Position numbers and translations under genes: made by a program. This document shows positions 1 through 10,525 of a stretch of 61,450 bases of DNA, piece by piece. The DNA is from an uncultured virus (IMG/VR IMGVR_UViG_3300027793_002658) (lineage: Duplodnaviria > Heunggongvirae > Uroviricota > Caudoviricetes). The stretch lies in the IMG/VR virus record IMGVR_UViG_3300027793_002658. One strand, 5' to 3'. The notes under the pieces were generated by a model. The model did not search any database. It had not been told where the DNA came from and saw only the letters and a list, made by a program, of their open reading frames with translations. Positions within the stretch are counted from its first letter, which is position 1, and each line of letters begins with the position of its first letter.

Positions 1-465
1 CTTAATAATCAAATCTCTTCAGTAAATATACACAATCCACAAAACAATGCCGTTGGTTTTTTTGATGAAATAATCGATCTTAAAAAATATAATATTCAAA
101 ATATTATCGAGTATAAAACTGATAGAGCATATATTTCTAGAATTTTACTACATCTTAAACCACTTCAGTTCACAACAATACGAGATGAACCACAATTACA
201 ACATGATATTTTACATCACTTAAATTATTTATTTAATTATAAAATTAACATTATATTCAAAGATAGTAAAATATTAGACGATATTAATTATGAAAATTAT
301 GATTTATTAGTATTAAACAATCAACAAGTTCCATCAAATATCAAAGATATAAAATATATTTTATATTTTTCAAATAATGACAATTTAATTATAAGCAATT
401 ACAAAAAAACAATAATTAAAAAAAATGTAAATAACACATACATGATATTTTTTGAAAAAATATGA
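1..465 (+). CDS. 5'-truncated hypothetical protein
   Basis: Frame 1 is open from the window edge to TGA at 463-465, with an ATGA overlap with the next gene. Confidence 0.6.
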   Translation, partial: LNNQISSVNIHNPQNNAVGFFDEIIDLKKYNIQNIIEYKTDRAYISRILLHLKPLQFTTIRDEPQLQHDILHHLNYLFNYKINIIFKDSKILDDINYENYDLLVLNNQQVPSNIKDIKYILYFSNNDNLIISNYKKTIIKKNVNNTYMIFFEKI

Positions 466-1376
466 ATATCGGATATTTCTTCATGAATGCAAACAGCATC
501 GGCGACACTGTTGCTGGTGCTCGACTATTTTTTGCATTATATCACTACGCACAGTTAAAACAATTAAGAAAGATTGCAATATTGCATATTGCAAATCAAA
601 TAGAGTTGAAACTTACGTGCGAAGGCCAGATTGATTCAACATGGGCAATTTATACAGAACTACTGACATTGTATAAAAAAGCGAATATTTTGGATGATTT
701 TACATATATTTGCGGTATATCCGATGAAATAAAAGATAATCCGTCAAGTAGACAAAAGATAGAAGACACGATTAAACATTATTTCTCTAAAAGAAATGCG
801 TCAATTGAATGTATGTTAGATAATAAACTAGAACTTTGGAATCATTTCCATTCTATTATTAGTAGTGATGCTATAATTAAATTTTATCAAGAGCGATTTG
901 CTTTCTTGAAAGAGGATATCACAGAAAATTATAATATAGTGCAGTATTGTAGTCATCATTATTCACCGCATCACGTTGATAAATTTGCAAAATGTCATAA
1001 ACGAATATCATTCTCAAATTTAACAAATTGGATTGAATCAAATAATATAATTGTTAATAAATTTGTTGGCAGCACTATAGATTATGATTTGACACAACGC
1101 TGTATTGAAAAGCTTCAGCCATTATATCCAAACAAAATATTCATAAATATGTGCGGCGATCTTTATTTAGAAGACACATTTAAACAAATATACAACGCTT
1201 CCAATGTTTTATCAACCGAAAGCTTTGCCGGACTATTGGGTGGTGTATTTAATAAACCTAGTATTATTTATTTTAGACATGAACTAGTACAAACACTACT
1301 TAACTTTAAAAGTGGTCTAGATTTATTTCCTAATTTAACTATGAAATTAGATAATGTTTTAACAGAGAATGATTGA
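462..1376 (+). CDS. Glycosyltransferase, GT9/heptosyltransferase-like
   Basis: N-terminal SIGD motif; C-terminal NMCGDLYLEDTFKQIYNASNVLSTESFAGLLGGVFNKPSIIYF resembles the GT9 C-terminus. Confidence 0.55.
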   Translation: MNIGYFFMNANSIGDTVAGARLFFALYHYAQLKQLRKIAILHIANQIELKLTCEGQIDSTWAIYTELLTLYKKANILDDFTYICGISDEIKDNPSSRQKIEDTIKHYFSKRNASIECMLDNKLELWNHFHSIISSDAIIKFYQERFAFLKEDITENYNIVQYCSHHYSPHHVDKFAKCHKRISFSNLTNWIESNNIIVNKFVGSTIDYDLTQRCIEKLQPLYPNKIFINMCGDLYLEDTFKQIYNASNVLSTESFAGLLGGVFNKPSIIYFRHELVQTLLNFKSGLDLFPNLTMKLDNVLTEND

Positions 1377-1986
1377 TAATTATATACAATTAAACAATAA
1401 ACTTATAAAACAAAATATTGTAAATAAAATTACAAAAGAATATTTTGATTATTATAATAAAATTAGAACATCTAGTTTACAGATAAGCTATTTGCGTCTT
1501 GGATTTTTACTTGGAAATTTAAACTTTATTCCAAAATCATTATTGGATGTTGGATATGGTAATGGTGATTTTTTAACAGTTAGTGCCGATATAATAGAAA
1601 ACTGTTATGGATATGATGTATCAAACTATCCGGCACCAAATAAAATTAAAAAGATAAATTCATTGTATGAAAATACATTTGATGTCGTAACGTTGTTTGA
1701 CGTATTAGAGCATTTTGATGATGTATACGATATAAAAAATATTAAAACGAAATATTATCTAATATCAGTACCAGAATGTCATTATTTTTCTGACGATTGG
1801 TTTTTTAATTGGAAGCACCGAAAACCAAATGAACATATATGGCATTTTAACAAAACTTCGTTAGAAAACTTTATGAATGAAATAAATTTTGATCTAGTAA
1901 AATATTCAAATATAGAAGATGTCATTCGTAAACCAGTGGATGGTAATACAAATATTTTAACCGGATTATTTAAAAATAAGTTATGA
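1369..1986 (+). CDS. Class I SAM-dependent methyltransferase
   Basis: LLDVGYGNG motif I; FDVVTLFDVLEH. Confidence 0.85.
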   Translation: MIDNYIQLNNKLIKQNIVNKITKEYFDYYNKIRTSSLQISYLRLGFLLGNLNFIPKSLLDVGYGNGDFLTVSADIIENCYGYDVSNYPAPNKIKKINSLYENTFDVVTLFDVLEHFDDVYDIKNIKTKYYLISVPECHYFSDDWFFNWKHRKPNEHIWHFNKTSLENFMNEINFDLVKYSNIEDVIRKPVDGNTNILTGLFKNKL

Positions 1987-2591
1987 TAAATTATAATTTA
2001 GTAAAAGGTATAGAAGGGTGGTGTAGCACTGAAAAAATGACAAAAATGACAAGTCTTATATTAGCTACCAAACCACAACGTGTAGTAGAAATAGGTGTTT
2101 TTTATGGAAAATCTTTAATATGTCAAGCATTGGCAATGAAGAAAAACAAAATCGGAAAAATATATGGAATTGATTCATGGAATCCAATAGATTGCTTAAT
2201 GCATATGACAAATGAAAATGACATTAAATGGTGGAGTTCATTAAACTATGACATGATTTATGATCAATGTATAACGAATATAAGAGAATCTGAAACAGAA
2301 CATTTCGTACATATTTTAAAAGATAATTCGATGAATGTCGCTAATAATATAAATTTTCCTATAGACATCCTTCATATTGATGGAAATCACGAAGCATTAT
2401 CAGCGTGTCAAAACGTTTCATTATATGTACCAAAAATAAAATCTGGTGGATTTTTATGGTTTAATGACGCCGATTGGGAACAAAGTAAAAAAGCAATCGA
2501 ATTAATAGAACAAAACTTTAAATTACAATTAATTGATAAAGCCAAATCGGATGATATTAATAATCATTGTAACCTATATATTAAATTATAA
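1983..2591 (+). CDS. Class I SAM-dependent methyltransferase (Methyltransf_24-like)
   Basis: VVEIGVFYGKS, IDILHIDGNH, GG-x-x-x-x-ND motifs. Confidence 0.85.
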   Translation: MINYNLVKGIEGWCSTEKMTKMTSLILATKPQRVVEIGVFYGKSLICQALAMKKNKIGKIYGIDSWNPIDCLMHMTNENDIKWWSSLNYDMIYDQCITNIRESETEHFVHILKDNSMNVANNINFPIDILHIDGNHEALSACQNVSLYVPKIKSGGFLWFNDADWEQSKKAIELIEQNFKLQLIDKAKSDDINNHCNLYIKL

Positions 2592-3463
2592 TGAATAATT
2601 ACATTACAAAAATAACAGCGGGATATCCATATAACGATTTTAATTTTTATATTGGTGATGAAACTGGAAAAGCATGGTATGATGATGTTGTTATTTACAA
2701 AACAACAGATCCATATCCAGTTCATGTGAGTTTGAAAAAAAATGAAAATTACAAATCATATATTTCTTTTGAATTAATTTTATGTACTTTGTTTTTTTAT
2801 AATAAAATAAATTTCAAAGATCATTTGTATGCAAATAAAAACACAAATAATTATTTAATTGACCTTTATCAAAAACTCAATAATATTGATAATACGTACA
2901 ATAAACTGGATACAATTATTGATGTTGGAGCACATCATGGATTCTATTCATTAAATTATTCATCAATTTCTAAAAAGGTAATTGCAATCGAACCGTATAT
3001 AAAAAATTTTGCAATACTACAAAAAAATCTTGAAATTAATAATATAAATAATATTTTTGCATACAATTATTATATTACAAATCAAAGAAATAATTTATCA
3101 TTTACTAATTTGGATAAATTTAAATTTTGCAATGAAAATTTTGAAAGTTGTGATTGTATAACTAAAACACTAGATGATTTATTGCCATATTGTTCTAATA
3201 ATATGTTAATTAAATTAGACACTGAAGGAGAAGAAGTAAAAATTTTAGAGCAATCACAACAAGTAATAAAACAATACAAACCTAATTTTTTAATTGAGTT
3301 ACACTCAACGTGTCTTGAAGATTTGAATGATATTAAAAAGTATATTCCTGTTAAAAATTATGAGATTGTAAAAATTAACAAATATACATTTTATCCCGAA
3401 TTATCAACTGAAAATGACAATTATAATAATTGTGGATATCTATTTTGCCGAGCATTAATATGA
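2591..3463 (+). CDS. FkbM-family methyltransferase
   Basis: IIDVGAHHG, IAIEP, IKLDTEGEE, IELH motifs. Confidence 0.85.
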   Translation: MNNYITKITAGYPYNDFNFYIGDETGKAWYDDVVIYKTTDPYPVHVSLKKNENYKSYISFELILCTLFFYNKINFKDHLYANKNTNNYLIDLYQKLNNIDNTYNKLDTIIDVGAHHGFYSLNYSSISKKVIAIEPYIKNFAILQKNLEINNINNIFAYNYYITNQRNNLSFTNLDKFKFCNENFESCDCITKTLDDLLPYCSNNMLIKLDTEGEEVKILEQSQQVIKQYKPNFLIELHSTCLEDLNDIKKYIPVKNYEIVKINKYTFYPELSTENDNYNNCGYLFCRALI

Positions 3464-4143
3464 ACAAATTACCAAAAATATTCTGTTTAACTTTAAAAAG
3501 CACCCCAAAGCGAAAAGAATACGCTGAATCCCATTTTAAAAAACATAATGTTGATGTTGAATTTTTTGAAGGATTCGATGGTCCATTATCCGGATTAAGA
3601 ACAACAATACCATTTACGGAACACGACAAAGAGATATTTATAAGACAAGGTCGTATCGGATGTATTTTATCTCATTATATGTTATGGAAAACAATATGGC
3701 ACAGCTCATATGATGAAGTTTTAATTCTAGAAGATGACGCACAACTGGTAGATAATTTCACCGAAAAATTCCTAGAAATAAAATCCAGATTGCCGAATGA
3801 TTGGCAATATGTGTTTGTTGGACATTGTTGTTTACCACAAATGGAACACAATACTATTATATCAGATGGAATAATATATCCAATACATCCCCCGATGTGT
3901 ACACATGCTTATATGATTAAAAAATCAAGTATACCAACACTGATAGATACCAATAGTCAAATCCAAGCGGCAGTTGATGTTCAAATACAATTAAAATCAT
4001 TAAAACAATTAAAACATTACGTTTTAAATCCTCCATTAGTAAATCAAATGTCGTTACTTCAGCAACAAAATCCTGAATTATTTGATAACAATGATAAAAC
4101 ATTTGCATCTTTAACATTGGATGCAAATTTTGAATCATACTAA
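3460..4143 (+). CDS. Glycosyltransferase family 25
   Basis: GRIGCILSH, LILEDDA, CTHAYMI; start placed at MNKLP (ATGA overlap). Confidence 0.85.
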   Translation: MNKLPKIFCLTLKSTPKRKEYAESHFKKHNVDVEFFEGFDGPLSGLRTTIPFTEHDKEIFIRQGRIGCILSHYMLWKTIWHSSYDEVLILEDDAQLVDNFTEKFLEIKSRLPNDWQYVFVGHCCLPQMEHNTIISDGIIYPIHPPMCTHAYMIKKSSIPTLIDTNSQIQAAVDVQIQLKSLKQLKHYVLNPPLVNQMSLLQQQNPELFDNNDKTFASLTLDANFESY

Positions 4144-4220
4144 AACTATTCACTTTAGATTCAACATTCTATGACAAGTCATTTGAATCTTTTTCTAATT
4201 TAAATAAAAAGTATTTTTTA

Positions 4221-4928
4221 CTATCCTATAATATTAATATTTTTAATACCAGTAGCATGTGCATTCAAATGCAATAATTTTACTGGATTTTTATTCTCCT
4301 TTTCATAAATAAATGGAGGATGTGTATATCCTGAATGTAATAATTTGCAAGGATTATTTAAAATGTATTTATTAAAATGAGACTCGTCATGCCATATAGC
4401 GATATAATTATTTTTTAAATCTTTATTAATATTTTCATTCAATTCCATAGTCATTTTAATAAAAGATTGTGCATTCGATCCAAAAAAACAAGCCTGACAA
4501 TATTTTCCATATAGCATATCCGTAACTTCTACATATGCGGTTGAATTTATATTTGTTTCATATGTTCCGGTAGAATTTTCTAAATAAAAGTGTTTTGCCG
4601 CAACAATTTCATTATTAACGGGTAATATTTCTTCTGTGATAGTGGTATGTACCAACATATCGCAATCAATATAATAAATATAATCAAATGTTTGTAATAG
4701 ACTTGATATACTATTAAAATAAAAAAATCTCATTAAAGTGGTAATTGGCCATGGTAAACAATTGATTTTAATAGTGTTTGTATTTATATAATTTATATCT
4801 TTATCTGTAAATACAAATAAAGTTTTATCGTGATCTGGTAGAAACTTTAAAAATATACTTCTGTGCAATGGTTCTAAAAATGAAATATATTTATCAGTTG
4901 CAATCGTTAATATTGCTATTTTTGCCAT
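4221..4928 (-). CDS. Glycosyltransferase family 6 (ABO-like)
   Basis: IATDKY, WPITTLMRF, DCD (DxD), WHDESHFNKY signature. Confidence 0.85.
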   Translation of the reverse strand: MAKIAILTIATDKYISFLEPLHRSIFLKFLPDHDKTLFVFTDKDINYINTNTIKINCLPWPITTLMRFFYFNSISSLLQTFDYIYYIDCDMLVHTTITEEILPVNNEIVAAKHFYLENSTGTYETNINSTAYVEVTDMLYGKYCQACFFGSNAQSFIKMTMELNENINKDLKNNYIAIWHDESHFNKYILNNPCKLLHSGYTHPPFIYEKENKNPVKLLHLNAHATGIKNINIIG

Positions 4929-5647
4929 AATTTAAAATTGTTTAATTGTGATTTGTAAGTATCATAATACCATCCAGTGAAATGATAAATATATCCTTCC
5001 ATAGTTTTTGAATTTAATGGCGGATCAATATAATTCCATTCTTTAGAAATATGTATCAGTTTATCATTCAAATAATACATAGTAGTATAGTTTAACAATG
5101 CCTGTTCAACTTGATGAATTCGTGGATACGGATCTTGTATCAACGACAATGCTTTGATCATATGATCGAATAAATACAAATGTTTTTGTGGAGTAAATAA
5201 GAACATTCCAGCATTAAAAAAATTATCGTTGTATATTTGATACTCTAAATTGACATTTAATACGCGTTTACATTCGTTATACCAAGGTCTACAAAGTTGA
5301 TTGTTTTTGAAATCCTGTTTGATTTCATCTGAAAGAAATGTCTGCTGCATGTCTTTGACAACATAAAAATAATCCGTGTCGTTGAAAATATCAAAGGGAT
5401 TTGGTGAATCGTGTTTTATCAACACATCAGTATCAAGATACATACATCTATCAAAATTTAATGTTTGATATGGTAAGTATAATTTTGTAAACATATCATG
5501 AAATCTACTTGGTTGAAGTGGAGTTTCTATGCGTAGATATTTACAATTCCAATTTGCACATGCACATTTAATACTTTCTTCAACATTTGAAGAAACGATA
5601 TGTGGATTATTTTTTGTATTAAATGATACAATACAATTCATAAACAT
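4916..5647 (-). CDS. Glycosyltransferase family 8-like
   Basis: YLDTDVLI, FFNAGMFLF, EQALLN, WN...HF motifs. Confidence 0.8.
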   Translation of the reverse strand: MFMNCIVSFNTKNNPHIVSSNVEESIKCACANWNCKYLRIETPLQPSRFHDMFTKLYLPYQTLNFDRCMYLDTDVLIKHDSPNPFDIFNDTDYFYVVKDMQQTFLSDEIKQDFKNNQLCRPWYNECKRVLNVNLEYQIYNDNFFNAGMFLFTPQKHLYLFDHMIKALSLIQDPYPRIHQVEQALLNYTTMYYLNDKLIHISKEWNYIDPPLNSKTMEGYIYHFTGWYYDTYKSQLNNFKLWQK

Positions 5648-5657
5648 ATATATGCAT

Positions 5658-6348
5658 ATGACTATTGAAGATTGGAAATTTTTAGTAGATACTGAAATAT
5701 CTCATTGGAATAATGTATTTTATAAATATACCACAGATACAAATTCATATTTACATCAATATGTAAAAACTAGATTATACATAGAATTACCGGTTCATAG
5801 AAATGTTCAATTGTTGATAGATTCAATAAAAAAAAAATAAAATAACAATTTTGGATGTAGGATCTGGTCCTTTTCCTTTTTTGGGAAGAACGTCCACAAA
5901 AAATATACAACTAACTGCGGTAGATTATTTAGCAGAAAGTTATTATAAATTGTATAATCAGTATAATGTTTATCCTCCAACGATTCCAATCGCATTGGAT
6001 GCATCGGAATTATCTTTGAATTTTCAACACAATTCATTTGATATTGTTTATGCTAGAAATAGTATTGATCATACATATAATCCAATAAAATGTATTCAGG
6101 AAATGGTGAATGTTTCCAATAAATATGTTATTCTTGAACACAAAATAAATGAAGGTATTGTTGAAAATTATCACGGATTGCACAATTGGAATTTTTTCAT
6201 TAAAAACTCTAAATTTTATATTAGTAATAAATGCGGCGATGAAATTTGTGTTAATGATTTATTACCAACATCGACAATTAATTGTCAGTTAACTATTGAA
6301 GAAGAAGAAAAAATTACCGATTGGTTAGTGGTTATTATTGAAAAATAA
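5658..6348 (+). pseudogene. SAM methyltransferase split by a frameshift in an A10 run (5828-5837)
   Basis: MTIEDW...IDSIKKK* joins KNKITILDVGSGP... if one A is removed; FDIVYARNSIDH downstream. Confidence 0.65.
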
Positions 6349-6361
6349 TATTTAAATCTAT

Positions 6362-7294
6362 ATGAAACTTTTATTTGTTGTACATCGCACGTATCCTTAC
6401 AATGGAGGATCGGAATATAATATTAAATTAATTAGTGAAGCGATGGCTAAAGAAAAATATCAAGTAACCGTTTTGACTGATTGCAGTCAGGGAAATTATG
6501 GAAATGTCACAGTTATTAATGATAGAAACGAATTATTTTCATGCCAATATGATTGGATAATCATTCACGGAAATGATATGCCAATTCAAGATTATGCATT
6601 ATTAAATATTAAAAAAATCAAAGCAAAAACTTTATACTGGATAATTAAACCATCTGATAGCGAAAGTGCAATAAATGGTTTTAAACACGCGACGGCAATA
6701 GGATGGGGCACATCATATGATTTTAATCATGCTTTAAAATATAATTGTGCAGCAAAAGCTAAACATATCAGATATTCTGTCGATTTGAATGATTGTTTTG
6801 GAACAAAATCAACACATAATGATTTCGTTTTTTTAAGTTCCGGGGGATTTGGTGCTCATAAAGGATTTTGTGATTTAATTGATATATTTACAGAGTTAAA
6901 CGTACCAAATACTAAATTGATTTTAACAGGATATATAGGTGATCCTCCTATTTCAACGAATAAAAATATAGAAGTTTTTAAAATAAATAATCGATTGGAT
7001 TATTTAAATATACTTGCAAATGCGGATGTATACATAATGAATAGTTATAGTGAGGGATTTGGATTGGTTTTATTAGATGCAATGATCAACAAAATTCCAT
7101 GGATTAGTAGAGATATCGCAGGAGCGACTGATATGAAACAATACGGAAACATCTATTCATCCAATCAAGAATTAAAAAAATTAATTTTAAATTATAAACA
7201 CGATCAAAATAAAATTGAGGCAGCATATGACTATATTTTAAATGAAAAAACAATTAATTGTATGGTAAAAGATTTTTATTCTATACTAAACTGA
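6362..7294 (+). CDS. Glycosyltransferase family 4
   Basis: GGSE N-terminal motif, HKG, ADVYIMNSYSEGFGLVLLDAM. Confidence 0.85.
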   Translation: MKLLFVVHRTYPYNGGSEYNIKLISEAMAKEKYQVTVLTDCSQGNYGNVTVINDRNELFSCQYDWIIIHGNDMPIQDYALLNIKKIKAKTLYWIIKPSDSESAINGFKHATAIGWGTSYDFNHALKYNCAAKAKHIRYSVDLNDCFGTKSTHNDFVFLSSGGFGAHKGFCDLIDIFTELNVPNTKLILTGYIGDPPISTNKNIEVFKINNRLDYLNILANADVYIMNSYSEGFGLVLLDAMINKIPWISRDIAGATDMKQYGNIYSSNQELKKLILNYKHDQNKIEAAYDYILNEKTINCMVKDFYSILN

Positions 7295-7310
7295 TTTAAT
7301 ATTTATATAT

Positions 7311-7787
7311 ATGCCAAAATTAAAAGAAAACGAAATGGGCGATAGAATGATGACGGGATTACCCTATTCACAAGGTGGTGGATTGGGTACTACTGGTGTA
7401 GATACTATTAATAGTCCAGATATCAGTCAGAAACCAGAAAAATTTAAATATCCACAAACCGCTACAAGTGCAAGTGATATTACTACACCCACCCCTGACC
7501 AATATGATAATACATCACCCGAAGGTAGCGAAAATTTTAAAAATGATGTAGATGCTATTAAAAACGTCGTAACACCAGATGAAGTATTGACAGGTATGCA
7601 ATATGAACTGAAACAAATGGTATTCAAACGTAAAGATATTGCAAAACAACTGGTCGTATCCAATTTAAAGAAAGATCCAAAGTTCTATAGTAAATTGCAT
7701 ATGATGCAAGTCGATGAAAACGGAGTTCGTCAAGAAGCCATTAGTGATATTATTCGTGAAATGAAAAAAAGAAAGCGTTATCTATGA
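7311..7787 (+). CDS. Hypothetical phage protein (DUF5661-like C-terminus)
   Basis: GMQYE...AKQLVVSNLKKDPKFYSKL parallels a motif in the next gene. Confidence 0.6.
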   Translation: MPKLKENEMGDRMMTGLPYSQGGGLGTTGVDTINSPDISQKPEKFKYPQTATSASDITTPTPDQYDNTSPEGSENFKNDVDAIKNVVTPDEVLTGMQYELKQMVFKRKDIAKQLVVSNLKKDPKFYSKLHMMQVDENGVRQEAISDIIREMKKRKRYL

Positions 7788-8884
7788 AAATTACAGGCAA
7801 ACATCCTACTAAGCTTAATGATCCTATAATTAAACATCCTGCTATGCATGGAAATAGATGGCAAATAGATCCAACCGCTGAACCTCATACTAGTTTTGAT
7901 AAATTATCCAAACATCAAGTGGATGAATTTGCTGTAAACAATATGGACACATGGACTGATACTAATCATAATGACGTAGATATTGGCTACAATGAATTTT
8001 ATGAAGAGTTAACAGGGGGAGTTGGTGATGCAACTGCTCCACATGATGTTGATCCAATTGAATTGGCATTGGGGCAAACTGTAGAAATGGAACATACAAC
8101 AGATCCAAACGTTGCCACCGAAATTGCATTGGATCATTTGAGTGAAGATCCAAAATATTATACCAAACTCAAAAAAGCAGGATTGGCAAAAGAGTTAGAT
8201 CAAATTGGAACATCAACAGGATTTGGTGATCCAGATCATTCAATTAATCATGAAAAGCTAGTAGGGTCCAATAAAACAGCAATCGCTGGAAACAATATTG
8301 CAGGGAAAATCGGTAATACACCCGATGATCATGTCAATAAAGTTAATGACAAAATTTCTAGTGATAATAAAAACTTAAATCAAATGAATAATGATGATTT
8401 TACAGTAGATGTAAATATCGAAGAACCTTCTTTGGAGGAAGATAGATGTACTGATATTGCAAAAAGAAAATACAAAAAATGGCCAAGTGCATATGCCAGT
8501 GGTGCTGTTGTTCGTTGTCGAAAAGGTAAAATATGGAAAAAGACTCAGGAAGAAATTGAACAGATCAAAAAAGAATTAGAAGAAGATTTCTCAAAAGAAA
8601 AAAAACAAGGATTGCATGGCTGGTTTGCCCGTCGTGGCGGTAAAGGAGGCAAAGGTTGGGTAGATTGTAATACATGCCGCAAAGATCCTGAAACCGGAAC
8701 TAAAAAATGCAAAACTTGCGGAAGACAATCCGGAGAAAAACGAAGTAAATATCCTGCGTGCCGACCTACACCTAGTCAATGCACAAAAAAAGGAACCAGT
8801 CATAAAAAGGGTCCAAGTACGGTTTCATGGAAGAATGAAGTATCATTGACAGAAATTGCTAAACGATTGTTAAGTGATGAATAA
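7784..8884 (+). CDS. Modular jumbo-phage protein (DUF5661-like domain plus Cys-rich basic modules)
   Basis: GQTVEMEHTTDPNVATEIALDHLSEDPKYYTKL; KWPSAYASGAVVRCRK; GWVDCNTC...YPACRPT. Confidence 0.65.
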   Translation: MKITGKHPTKLNDPIIKHPAMHGNRWQIDPTAEPHTSFDKLSKHQVDEFAVNNMDTWTDTNHNDVDIGYNEFYEELTGGVGDATAPHDVDPIELALGQTVEMEHTTDPNVATEIALDHLSEDPKYYTKLKKAGLAKELDQIGTSTGFGDPDHSINHEKLVGSNKTAIAGNNIAGKIGNTPDDHVNKVNDKISSDNKNLNQMNNDDFTVDVNIEEPSLEEDRCTDIAKRKYKKWPSAYASGAVVRCRKGKIWKKTQEEIEQIKKELEEDFSKEKKQGLHGWFARRGGKGGKGWVDCNTCRKDPETGTKKCKTCGRQSGEKRSKYPACRPTPSQCTKKGTSHKKGPSTVSWKNEVSLTEIAKRLLSDE

Positions 8885-9329
8885 AATTTATTTATCTAAA
8901 TATGCAAAATTATTATTACGGGAATCATTAGAAGATATTCCTGAATTGCCCGATTTCTTTATAGATAAAGCCACAGGAAAAGAAGTAAAAATTCCTAAAA
9001 ACCGTTTGGTTTCTACTGCACGTTATTCTGGTATCAATCCGCAACTCGCAGATCGAATACATCGGTTATGCATTCACAATTTACGAAATCCGTCTGAAAT
9101 AACAAAAAAAGGAATCGAATCAGCATATATGTATATCGTTTCTAAAAATCCTGAAATTAACGCGATTCGTATAAATATATCAGATTATGATCCGCTTCGT
9201 AGTCCAATGCATGATATTGTGCATGGAGTAGCATCTGGTATTGAACCTTATAATATTTCGTATTTTGTGCAAAATTTAAAAGGTTATGGAAAAAAAGGAG
9301 ATAGTTCTAAAGGATATATAACAACATGA
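8874..9329 (+). CDS. Hypothetical protein
   Basis: ORF overlapping both neighbours. Confidence 0.6.
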   Translation: MMNKIYLSKYAKLLLRESLEDIPELPDFFIDKATGKEVKIPKNRLVSTARYSGINPQLADRIHRLCIHNLRNPSEITKKGIESAYMYIVSKNPEINAIRINISDYDPLRSPMHDIVHGVASGIEPYNISYFVQNLKGYGKKGDSSKGYITT

Positions 9330-9658
9330 ACGATACCGAATCATATCCAACTGCTGATTTTAATCAATTGTTATTGAGAAAAATGCAACAACCAGTTGCT
9401 AGTGTACCGCATGAATTTGATCCATATCAAGCATTGTTAAAAAGAAAAAAACAACAGGACAGTGGAGAATTGCCACCTATCAAAAATATCAATCCCGATG
9501 ACTTGTATGAGCTACAACAATTCTGTCAAACACACGGTATTGTCGGATTCAATTGTGGTAAAATGAATCCAAGAGCAGCATTACAAATGTTAAAATCACG
9601 TATGGGAATTAAAGAAAATCCCGCCACTTCTGTCCAGAAAAAAATATTATTAGGTTAA
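9326..9658 (+). CDS. Hypothetical protein
   Basis: ORF with ATGA overlap. Confidence 0.6.
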   Translation: MNDTESYPTADFNQLLLRKMQQPVASVPHEFDPYQALLKRKKQQDSGELPPIKNINPDDLYELQQFCQTHGIVGFNCGKMNPRAALQMLKSRMGIKENPATSVQKKILLG

Positions 9659-10524
9659 CTCCAACGGGCCTTTGGTATTCTAGTCCATATGTTGTTTGTA
9701 TAGATATAAACATAATGATCATCAAATCTCATTTCTCCGGGCATGCCACTATCTGTACTATTTGTTGGAGCACTTCCGCTATTAGTTAATGAAAAATATA
9801 CCACACTTGCTGTATTTGCTGTGACTACATTAAGTGAACTGGTTTGTACTACTGTTAAATTACTTGCGGTGGCAACACTACCGCTAAAATAACTACTTGT
9901 CATTGAACTGGTAGATCCACTTGCTAACGCATCACTAACAAATTGACCAATATATTGATATACAGTTGCATAAACTCGGTTTGATGGTACCGTTGATCCC
10001 GAGAATTGCAATACACCGGTTTTATAATCAAATGCATAGTTGCTTGCTGTCCAATTCGTAAACGTACTACCATTGGCTGATGTAAACAAAGCAATATTAT
10101 AGCCCGGTGGATTACCATTGTTACTAGCATCTGCTGTTTGATTTGCAATGGTAGTTACACCATATTTTGGACTGATAAAATTTGTTTGTTGTCCATTGAC
10201 AATCAATTGACTACCAGTACCAGAAACACTCCCCGTTGGACTCATAAAAAACCAAACACTATTTGCAGGTGATGTATCATTTGCTACTGTCAATGGAAAT
10301 TTAAACCAGTATTTTAAAACACCTGTTGTTTGTGTCGTTCCCGCAGTTGCGCTTGAACTAAATGGCAAACTTGCGCTTGGAATTAATGCAGTTTGTGACC
10401 AGATTTCATCGGCTCCCATTTGAATAGTAGAAGTAAATGCTTCTTGAGAGTCCGATAAATCGGTAGTTGTATAACGTCGTCCTACCAATAATCTTGCTGC
10501 TTTTGTTAGAAGGTCAAATGCCAT
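9655..10524 (-). CDS. Virion/tail-fibre-associated protein
   Basis: S/T/G-rich; FDYKTGVLQF; C-terminal G-x-PGEMRFDDHYVYIYT..W-x-R module typical of fibre proteins. Confidence 0.6.
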   Translation of the reverse strand: MAFDLLTKAARLLVGRRYTTTDLSDSQEAFTSTIQMGADEIWSQTALIPSASLPFSSSATAGTTQTTGVLKYWFKFPLTVANDTSPANSVWFFMSPTGSVSGTGSQLIVNGQQTNFISPKYGVTTIANQTADASNNGNPPGYNIALFTSANGSTFTNWTASNYAFDYKTGVLQFSGSTVPSNRVYATVYQYIGQFVSDALASGSTSSMTSSYFSGSVATASNLTVVQTSSLNVVTANTASVVYFSLTNSGSAPTNSTDSGMPGEMRFDDHYVYIYTNNIWTRIPKARWS

Positions 10525-10525
10525 G

